A stretch of DNA of 64,000 nt from Gemmatimonadales bacterium (GTDB lineage Bacteria; Gemmatimonadota; Gemmatimonadetes; Gemmatimonadales; GWC2-71-9): contig JBBCJC010000005.1 of the NCBI GenBank assembly GCA_037189525.1, positions 736,001-800,000 on the forward strand, in the 5' to 3' direction. Made by a program: the position numbers and the translations under genes. The notes beneath the pieces are model-generated. The model saw nothing but the letters and a program-made list of their open reading frames with translations. It was not told where the DNA came from and ran no database searches. Position 1 is the stretch's first letter. Every line of letters starts with the position of its first letter. Below are positions 56,279-64,000 of the stretch, piece by piece.

Positions 56279-59200
56279 CTACCGCGCGGGCCGCCGACGA
56301 TCGCCGAGGAGCACATACACCTGATGGATGCCCCCGTCATCCACCAGCGGAATTTCCAGGGGGTTCACCGGCACGCCGTCGAGCATTACACCCGTCACTC
56401 CGCGGCACCGCCGCTCCGGATTGCCGACAGTTATCTCATAACGGCTCCTGCCGTGGCGCCAGGAAATCGTAAACTCCGGCCATGCCGTCGGAATACAGGG
56501 GTCTACCGTGAAGGTATCCCCCCGACGGGTGAGACCGAGAATGCTCTCGAGCCCGGCCCGATAGAGCCACCCCGCCGATCCGGTGTACCAGGTCCACCCG
56601 CCTCTGCCGGCATGGGCCGGGTGGGAATAGACATCGCCGGCCAGCACATACGGCTCGGTCTTGTAGTGCGCTACCTCGGCAGCGCTCCTGGTATGATTGA
56701 TCGGATTGAGCAGGTGAAACAGTTCGACCGCCTCGTCTCCGTTCCCCAACTCGGCCACCGCCATGACCGTCCATACGGCGGCGTGGGTGTACTGCGCCCC
56801 GTTTTCCCGGACACCGGGCGGATAGGCCTTGATGTAGCCCGGATCCTGGGCCGATTGGTCGAACGGCGGCGTCAACAGCAACACGACACGCGCATCACGA
56901 CGGACCAATTGCGTCCGCACCGCGTCCATCGCCCGCTCGGCGCGCTTGAGCGGCGCCACACCGGACAGGACCGCCCACGACTGCGCGATCGAATCGATCT
57001 TGCCCTCGTCGTTCTGAGCCGAACCTAGCGGCGTCCCGTCATCGTAGTAGCCGCGCCGATACCACTCGCCGTCCCAGGCGCGATCGAGCACCGCCGCCAG
57101 CCGGATCGCTTGCCGGGCATAGCGGGTCGCACGGGCGGGATCGCGCGCCTCGCAGAGCGGGATGAACCGCCGGAGCACGGTATGGATGAACCATCCCAGC
57201 CAGACGCTCTCGCCCCGGCCCTCGACGCCGACCCGGTTCATCCCGTCGTTCCAGTCGCTCGCCCCCATCAGCGGCAGGCCGTGCGAGCCCGCGGTCAGGC
57301 CCCGATCGACTGCCCGAATGCAATGATCGAAGAGCGACCCGGAAGTCGCGGACACGCTCGGCAGTTGATAGGCCTCGACTTCACCGGCCTCGAGCAGCGG
57401 CGACTCCAGATACGGAACCACCTCGTCAAGAATCGCATGATCTCCCGTGACGCTGACATAGTGTGCCACCACGTACGGCAGCCAAAGCAGATCGTCCGAG
57501 CACTTGCTCCGCAATCCTCGACCGGCCGGTTCGTGCCACCAATGCTGAACGTCGCCCTCCACGAACTGCCGGCCGGCGGCGCGCAGGATATGAGCACGGA
57601 CCAGATCGGGCCGCGCCAGGACCAGGGCCATGACGTCCTGGAGCTGGTCGCGAAAGCCGTAGGCTCCGCCAGGCTGGTAGAACGCCGACCGGGCCCAGAG
57701 ACGGCAGCTGAGATTCTGATAGACCAGCCAGCCGTTCATCATCACGTCGAACGAGTCGTCGGGCGTGCGCACCTGCACAGTTTCGATCACATCCGACCAG
57801 AGACGGCGCGAGGCCTCGAGCGCCGAATCTGCCGCGGCCACACTGCCGTACCGACGGATCAGATCGAGGGCGTCGGCCCGGTCGCGGCCCTGCCCGAGCA
57901 GGAACACGACGCGGCGCGATTCCCCCGGTGCCAGGACGATGCGAACCTGGAGCGCAGCGCAGGGGTCGAGTCCCGCGCCGAACTCGCCGGACAGAACGGC
58001 GTGGCTCAACCCCGCAGGCCGCGACGGCGAACCATTCCGCCCCAGAAAGGCCAGGCGACTCCCCGTTGCTGATTCGACCGGCTCGCTGGCGTGGAAAAAG
58101 GCGACGCGCTCGGCGAAATCCTGGTTGTAGCGGTTGGCGGCAAGCACCGCACCGGTGTCGACATCATGCTCGGTGAGCACATGGAGCCGCTCGCCCGACT
58201 GTGGCGGACCGAGCCGCCATTCGCTATAGCCGAAGACGGAGAGCCGACGGGTTCGATCGGTTCGATTGGTGAGAGTCAGGACCGAGAACTTGAGCGGGTC
58301 CATCGGATCCACCAGCACAGTCAGTTCCTGCAGGACACCGCGCGAACCATGCACGAAACTCGATTCGCCCGCTCCATGCCGGATCAGATAGCGACCGCCG
58401 TCGACGGAACGCCGGATCGGGCCCGGCGTCGGCGACCAGATGTCGCCGCTGTCGTCGTCCCGGAGAAACAGCGCTTCCGTGGCCGGATCGGTGACAGGAT
58501 CATTGGAAAACGGCGTGAGCCGGTTCTCCCGACTGTTCTCGGACCAGGTGTATGCAGAGCCCGAGGCCGAGACGACGGTGCCGAAGTTGGGATTGGCAAT
58601 CACATTGACCCACGGAACCGGCGTATCACGGTCGCCGTCGAGCACGATGATGTAGTCCCGTCCGTCGGCGGAAAAGCCTCCGGTCCCATTGGTGAGAAGG
58701 CGCGGGGGAACCTCGATCGGCACTTCGGGATCCGGCACGGCCGATGCGGCCGCCAGCATTTCCGGCTCCCGCTGGATATTCGGCTCGGCATACGGCAAAT
58801 CCAGTTGCGTCGAAAGACTGCCGCGATCGCCGCTCAGAACGGCGCGGGCTACCGTGGCAAGCAGGATACGCTCCTCCTCCCGCATCCGATCGCCGCGCAG
58901 AAGGAAGACCCCGCCCGACCGCTGCTTCCACGCGCCCCAGGGGCCGCTGTCGAGCAGGGCCGCGAGTTGCACCTGGATATCGTCGATATAGCCGATGGGA
59001 TACTCGTTCAGGATCACGACGTCGACGCTCAGACCCTTGAGGCGCCAGTACTCCTGTCCCTGCAGCACCTGCCGCGCCAGGTCGAAATCGTCTCCGGTCA
59101 CGATGCGCACGAGCAGAATCGGCAGATCACCGGAAATGCCATGAGCCCAAAGCCCCGACTGGCCCAAAACGTTGCGCGCCAGCAGCTCGGGATCGGCCCG

Positions 59201-62200
59201 CAACGAGTTGTCGGCATAAAGCACGCGGGATGCCAGGCGCTCGAACAGCTGCGCATCGACGCCGGAGATGCCCAGGTATCGGAGCGTGCTCTGGGCCTGA
59301 CTGAATGCCAGCGCAAAGGTACGCGCTGCGGCACTCGAGGCGTGGTACTTGTAGGCCAGGGCAACCGCGTCCTCGCGCGTCGACGCGATCCCGGTGGCAA
59401 ACGAGAGCCGGACCACCCCGCCCGGCGCAAGGCGGATCCGTTGGCGTAGACTCACGATCGGGTCCAGCACCGCTCCTGTCATACCCGAGAGCGGCCGGCC
59501 TTCCAGCGCGATGGGATCCTCAGGCCCCCGACCTCGGCCCAGGAAGCGCGCCCGGTCGGTCTCCCATTCCACTGCCCCCTGCATTCTGCCTTCGATACTG
59601 AGCACGTGAACCGCCCAGAGCCGAGGCTCGTCGTGCGCCCGAGGTCGCCGGCTGCAAATCAGGGCAGCTGCCGCGGGCAGATACTCGGTTTCGATGAAAA
59701 GCTTGTTGAAGGCCGGATGCGCCAGGTCGGCACTGAGCGATGCCAGCACGATTTCCGCGTAACTGGTAACCTCGAGCTCCCGCGGCCGGTCGGTCTGATT
59801 GGTGACCGTGAGGCGACGAACTTCGACATCGTCCTCGGGTGAGACGACAATATCGAGCTGGGTCGCAATCCCCTCGTCGCGGCGGCGGAAGGTAGCCCGT
59901 TCCGCCTGGAACGTGACAAGGTACTCCTCCGGCTCGCGCTTGGTGGGATGATAAGTCGGCGACCAGACCAACCCGCTCCGGACATCGCGAAGGTAAAGGA
60001 ACTGACTGCCGACATCACGAGTGGCATCTTCCCGGTGACGGGTGACCACGTTGCCCCGGCAGAAGCTGGCGCCGCCGCCGGCGTTGGTCACCACAGTGGT
60101 ATAGGTTCCGTTCGAGATGAACTGCGCGTGGGGATACCGGGTGCGCGCGGTGCGGAACCGGCGGACCGCCACGGCCGGGACCGGCGCCGCCACGCGGGTT
60201 TCCTCGGCCGGGCGCACGCGGGTAATCGGTGAGTGCCGTGGCACCCGCTCCTGCAGCAGGAGCGATGCCGCTCGCACTCGCGGGTCGGTGTGGAATCGAT
60301 CCACCATCCGCCCCTCCAGGACGACGTTGGCAAGGGCAACGATGCTCATTCCCTGGTGATGGGCCATGAACGACCGGACGATCACTCCGCGGGAGCCGTG
60401 CGGCTTGGGTTCGGTAATCCGCTCGTCCTCTTCACCTTTCCGATGGGTATAGTCGACCGCTTCATAGAAACCGTAACGACCGTCCACGCCCTCCTCGGCC
60501 AAGCGGCGGAAGTTGCGAGCCGCCGCTTCCGGATCAATCATCGCCGCCAGAGCCGTCGCGTACGGAGCTACCACAAGTTCATCGCCCAATCCTCGTTTCA
60601 TACCAAGGCCGGGAACGCCGAACGCCTTGTACTGGTAGGTGCCGTGGTGGTCCACCACGTTAAAGGCACATTCCGAGATGCCCCAAGGCACCCCCTGCTG
60701 GCGACCATACTCCCGCTGGCGGTGCACGGCACGGCTGCAGGACTCATCGAGCAGCGTGCCCGGATAGGTCTTCATTACCAGCAGCGGCATCAGGTATTCG
60801 AACAGGCTGGCGCTCCACGACAGCAGCGTGGGGCTGCCATCCACGCTGGTCAGCAAGCGGCCGAGATGAAACCAGTGCGTGTCCGGGACGTCGCCTTTGG
60901 TAATCGCGACGAAGCTGGCCAGCCGCGCTTCGGAGGCAAGCAAGTCGTAGAAGAAGGGATCGAGCCGCAGTCCCTCGGCATCGGCCCGATGGCCGATGGC
61001 AAAGAGGTGGCGCTCCCGATCGTAAAGGAAGCCGAACTCCATCCCATCGGCAAAGGCCACCGCGCGCCGGGCCAGCTCCGACAGTCGGGCAGCAGCGGCA
61101 ACCTCGTCGCCTCGCGATGTTTCCGCATCGAGGCCGGCCACCACCGCTTCGACCCAGTAAGCCGCTTCGGCCACCTCCTCCGAGGCCACGCCATCGGGCG
61201 CCAGCGCAGCAATCGCGTCGGAAAGCGGGCCAATCATTTCCCGCGCGAGCGCCAGATTGGCGGCGGGGTCGCCGGGGCCTAGCAGGCTGAGGCGCAGCGA
61301 CGCCATAGCCTCGCGGGCGCGGCCGATTGCGCCGACGGGGCCGTCGGCCTCCGCCGGTAGCGTCTGCTCAGCGAGCACGACGGTATCCGCCAGGCCGGCA
61401 CATCGCTGCGCAGCCGTCTGGGGTTCGTCCACCAGCCCCCGAAGCCCTTCGCCGAGTGCCAGGAGTGCCCCGGCGAGGTTGCCGCTGTCGACCGTTGAGA
61501 CGTAGCGCGGCAAGAGCGGCTCGAGCGTCCGGGTATCGTACCAGTTGAGCAGATGGCCCTGATACTGCTCCATCCGGTCCATCGTATCGAGCACGGCCTC
61601 GACCCGCTCTATCAGCTCGTCGGTGGTGATGAAGCCCAGATCGTGCGCGGCCAGCGTGGACAAGAGTCCCATCCCGATGTTGGTCGGCGAGGTGCGGTGA
61701 GCAACCGTCGGAACCGGCGTCTCCTGGAAATTGTCGGGCGGCAGGCCATGGTTTTCCGGCCCCGCAAAGGTCGCGAAGTAGCGCCAGGTCTTCCGCGCGA
61801 TGAGACGAAGCGTGCGCCGGTCGTCCGCGCTGAGCGGTCGACGCGTCGGGGGTACCGGTCGGCTCAACCAGTACGCAATCAGCGGCGCGGCCAGCCAGAG
61901 TACCAGGATCGGCCCGGCAACCAGGAGGCTCCCCGGCCGGATCGCGATGATGGCCACGAGCAGCACCCCTCCGATGATGGAACTCGCCGCCATCTCCCCG
62001 ATGAAGACCCGGACTCCGCGCCGCGCGCCAAGCCGCGCCGCCCGGGCGGCAGCGACGTCGGCCGTCTCCCATTCGAGCAAGCGCTGCTGCGTAAAGACGA
62101 GGCGGACCAGGGTGAGGACGATGGCGTGCACCATCTCGTACGCATGGAACGCCAGAAAGGTGATCTGCAGCAGAACCTGCGCTGCCGCGGTCTGGGCATC

Positions 62201-64000
62201 CTCCGCAAGGAGGCGCATGAAGGTGCCGAACGGTTGCTGGGACGCGGGGCCGCGGACCAGGCGGAGCAGCAACGGATAAAGCGGAAAACCGAGCGCCGCC
62301 AGAAAGCCGGCCGTCCAGATCAGCGGACTGCCCGGCAGAAACAGCCACGCCGCGGCAAGGAACGCGACGGTTCCCGGCGCCACCAGCGTCCGCCGGAGGT
62401 TGTCGAAGATCTTCCAGCGCGCAATCAGCGGAAGCCGGTTGCGTTGGCCCCCACGCCGGCTGGGCACCCACGGAAAGAGCCAGAAGAGAATCTGCCAGTC
62501 GCCGCGAGCCCAGCGATGCTGCCGTCGGGCATGGGCCAGGACGCTTGCCGGGTAGTCGTCGACGACCTCGACGTCGGTGACCAGTCCGACTCGCGCGAAA
62601 AGCCCCTCGAAGAGATCGTGCGACAGCAGCGCATTTTCGGGCACCCGGCCCTCGAGCGACGCTACGAAGGCATCGACGTCGTAGAGGCCCTTGCCGGTAA
62701 AGATCCCTTCGCTGAACAGATCCTGGTAGGTATCGGAAACCGCGGTGGTATAGGGATCGACTCCCGTGTGTCCGGCGTAGACTCTGGCAAAGAGCGATCG
62801 TGCGGCACTCGCCATCGTCACGCTGACTCGCGGCTGCAGGATACCGTAGCCCTCGGTCACCCGGCGCAGCTCGGGATCGAAGTGCGGGCGGTTGAGCGGG
62901 TGGGCGATGATCCCGATCAGCTTCCGGGCAGCATGCAGCGGCAGCGTGGTGTCACTGTCGAGCGTAATGCAGTAGCGCACCGACGGCAGAATCTCGGCCT
63001 CCCCTACATGGGTCCGAAAACTGGTGTCGGTCGCGCCGCGCAGCAGGCGATTGAACTCCTCCAGCTTACCGCGCTTCCGCTCCCAGCCCATCCAGGCGCC
63101 TTCGCCCGAATTCCACTGGCGAACCCGATGAAACAGATGGAAACGGTCGGCGGCGTCCGGGCCGGCCCGGTCGTTCAACTGCATCACCCCGGTCCGGGCC
63201 GCCTCGAGGATCTCGTCGTCACCCGGCATCTCCGCAGCCGGCGCGTCGACGAAATCGCCCAGGATGGCAAAGTGAATCCTGGGGTCGAGATTGCCGAGTG
63301 CCAGGACCTCGAGGTGCTCCAGAAGGTGCTCCACCCCCTCCACGCTGGTCAGCAGCGTGGGGATCACCACCATGGTGCGGCAGTCGTCGGGAATTCCGGC
63401 CTTGAAATCAATGCGCGGCAACCGACGTGGTTCGATGAAGTGCGCGGCAAGCCGCTGAAACAGCGCGATGGCGAGGTCGGTGGCCGGCAGCACGAACAGG
63501 GCTGCACCAAGCAGCACCACGGCCCACCCGCCGCCCTCGGCGCGCAAATAGGCCGCCGCCAGCGCCACCAGCGTGGCTGAGACGATCGTGACCACGCCAA
63601 GATACGCGGCGGTGGCGTGGGCAAAGACCAACCGCTGTAACCGGATCCCCGGCCGCGGGCTGTACTCGACGTCGACCTCGAGATCGCGCCGCCCCTTACC
63701 GATCAGATGATACCCGACATGGGCCGCCCGATCCGCCGGCGACGCAAGCTCGGCAGCCTGACGGGCGCTCTCGACGCTGCGTAGCGCCACTCGCAGCTGC
63801 GCCTCGCCCGAGGACTCGGCCAACTCTTCCACCGCCTGGCGGTACCGATCCCGGCTGTGGAAGTCCATCCGGGCGTAGACCCCGGCCGGATCCCGCTGCA
63901 GCACCTCCTCGACCAGGCTGACACTCTCGAAGTAAGCGGCCCAATCCATGGTCGAGCAAAGCCGGAGACTGGTGATCGCGTTACCAACCGAGACCTGTCC
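56279..64000 (-). CDS. ndvB: Cyclic beta-1,2-glucan synthase (NdvB/ChvB/Cgs: GT84, glucoamylase-like and GH94 domains), 5'-truncated by window edge
   Basis: Frame open to 64000 ([13 protein letters not shown]); [75 protein letters not shown]. Confidence 0.95.
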   Translation of the reverse strand, partial: GQVSVGNAITSLRLCSTMDWAAYFESVSLVEEVLQRDPAGVYARMDFHSRDRYRQAVEELAESSGEAQLRVALRSVESARQAAELASPADRAAHVGYHLIGKGRRDLEVDVEYSPRPGIRLQRLVFAHATAAYLGVVTIVSATLVALAAAYLRAEGGGWAVVLLGAALFVLPATDLAIALFQRLAAHFIEPRRLPRIDFKAGIPDDCRTMVVIPTLLTSVEGVEHLLEHLEVLALGNLDPRIHFAILGDFVDAPAAEMPGDDEILEAARTGVMQLNDRAGPDAADRFHLFHRVRQWNSGEGAWMGWERKRGKLEEFNRLLRGATDTSFRTHVGEAEILPSVRYCITLDSDTTLPLHAARKLIGIIAHPLNRPHFDPELRRVTEGYGILQPRVSVTMASAARSLFARVYAGHTGVDPYTTAVSDTYQDLFSEGIFTGKGLYDVDAFVASLEGRVPENALLSHDLFEGLFARVGLVTDVEVVDDYPASVLAHARRQHRWARGDWQILFWLFPWVPSRRGGQRNRLPLIARWKIFDNLRRTLVAPGTVAFLAAAWLFLPGSPLIWTAGFLAALGFPLYPLLLRLVRGPASQQPFGTFMRLLAEDAQTAAAQVLLQITFLAFHAYEMVHAIVLTLVRLVFTQQRLLEWETADVAAARAARLGARRGVRVFIGEMAASSIIGGVLLVAIIAIRPGSLLVAGPILVLWLAAPLIAYWLSRPVPPTRRPLSADDRRTLRLIARKTWRYFATFAGPENHGLPPDNFQETPVPTVAHRTSPTNIGMGLLSTLAAHDLGFITTDELIERVEAVLDTMDRMEQYQGHLLNWYDTRTLEPLLPRYVSTVDSGNLAGALLALGEGLRGLVDEPQTAAQRCAGLADTVVLAEQTLPAEADGPVGAIGRAREAMASLRLSLLGPGDPAANLALAREMIGPLSDAIAALAPDGVASEEVAEAAYWVEAVVAGLDAETSRGDEVAAAARLSELARRAVAFADGMEFGFLYDRERHLFAIGHRADAEGLRLDPFFYDLLASEARLASFVAITKGDVPDTHWFHLGRLLTSVDGSPTLLSWSASLFEYLMPLLVMKTYPGTLLDESCSRAVHRQREYGRQQGVPWGISECAFNVVDHHGTYQYKAFGVPGLGMKRGLGDELVVAPYATALAAMIDPEAAARNFRRLAEEGVDGRYGFYEAVDYTHRKGEEDERITEPKPHGSRGVIVRSFMAHHQGMSIVALANVVLEGRMVDRFHTDPRVRAASLLLQERVPRHSPITRVRPAEETRVAAPVPAVAVRRFRTARTRYPHAQFISNGTYTTVVTNAGGGASFCRGNVVTRHREDATRDVGSQFLYLRDVRSGLVWSPTYHPTKREPEEYLVTFQAERATFRRRDEGIATQLDIVVSPEDDVEVRRLTVTNQTDRPRELEVTSYAEIVLASLSADLAHPAFNKLFIETEYLPAAAALICSRRPRAHDEPRLWAVHVLSIEGRMQGAVEWETDRARFLGRGRGPEDPIALEGRPLSGMTGAVLDPIVSLRQRIRLAPGGVVRLSFATGIASTREDAVALAYKYHASSAAARTFALAFSQAQSTLRYLGISGVDAQLFERLASRVLYADNSLRADPELLARNVLGQSGLWAHGISGDLPILLVRIVTGDDFDLARQVLQGQEYWRLKGLSVDVVILNEYPIGYIDDIQVQLAALLDSGPWGAWKQRSGGVFLLRGDRMREEERILLATVARAVLSGDRGSLSTQLDLPYAEPNIQREPEMLAAASAVPDPEVPIEVPPRLLTNGTGGFSADGRDYIIVLDGDRDTPVPWVNVIANPNFGTVVSASGSAYTWSENSRENRLTPFSNDPVTDPATEALFLRDDDSGDIWSPTPGPIRRSVDGGRYLIRHGAGESSFVHGSRGVLQELTVLVDPMDPLKFSVLTLTNRTDRTRRLSVFGYSEWRLGPPQSGERLHVLTEHDVDTGAVLAANRYNQDFAERVAFFHASEPVESATGSRLAFLGRNGSPSRPAGLSHAVLSGEFGAGLDPCAALQVRIVLAPGESRRVVFLLGQGRDRADALDLIRRYGSVAAADSALEASRRLWSDVIETVQVRTPDDSFDVMMNGWLVYQNLSCRLWARSAFYQPGGAYGFRDQLQDVMALVLARPDLVRAHILRAAGRQFVEGDVQHWWHEPAGRGLRSKCSDDLLWLPYVVAHYVSVTGDHAILDEVVPYLESPLLEAGEVEAYQLPSVSATSGSLFDHCIRAVDRGLTAGSHGLPLMGASDWNDGMNRVGVEGRGESVWLGWFIHTVLRRFIPLCEARDPARATRYARQAIRLAAVLDRAWDGEWYRRGYYDDGTPLGSAQNDEGKIDSIAQSWAVLSGVAPLKRAERAMDAVRTQLVRRDARVVLLLTPPFDQSAQDPGYIKAYPPGVRENGAQYTHAAVWTVMAVAELGNGDEAVELFHLLNPINHTRSAAEVAHYKTEPYVLAGDVYSHPAHAGRGGWTWYTGSAGWLYRAGLESILGLTRRGDTFTVDPCIPTAWPEFTISWRHGRSRYEITVGNPERRCRGVTGVMLDGVPVNPLEIPLVDDGGIHQVYVLLGDRRRPAR

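Overview
High-GC bacterial chromosomal DNA. The gene style (SusC/SusD pair, many secreted SxxK serine hydrolases, TIGR02999-type ECF sigma plus kinase) suggests Gemmatimonadota; that assignment is an inference. I support 43 CDS and found no rRNA, tRNA, CRISPR, integrase or transposase. The left ~47 kb is rich in exported peptide/amide hydrolases: seven SxxK proteins (one fused to a VanX-type D-Ala-D-Ala dipeptidase, one class A beta-lactamase-like protein lacking Glu166), S9, S15/CocE and M19 peptidases, two amidohydrolases and a fold-type III PLP enzyme. These follow a SusCD importer and a GntR/FadR regulator, and there are no glycan-degrading enzymes in this stretch. A tandem AT-rich motif (two 9-mers ending in ACAA, 12-bp period) recurs in three promoter regions at 4890, 17890 and 27919. 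It may define a GntR regulon for import and breakdown of peptides, possibly D-amino-acid-containing ones, and is the best candidate for an undescribed system. Also present: aceBA with a divergent RamB-like regulator, proC-rocD, tyrA, an ECF sigma/Ser-Thr kinase/SulP unit, a His/Cys-rich lipoprotein paired with a beta-barrel, a 147-bp ~90%-identical duplicate of an oxidoreductase 3' end bracketing a single gene, and a cyclic beta-1,2-glucan synthase cut by the right edge. Start codons were refined by eye and family names come from motif recognition, not database searches.
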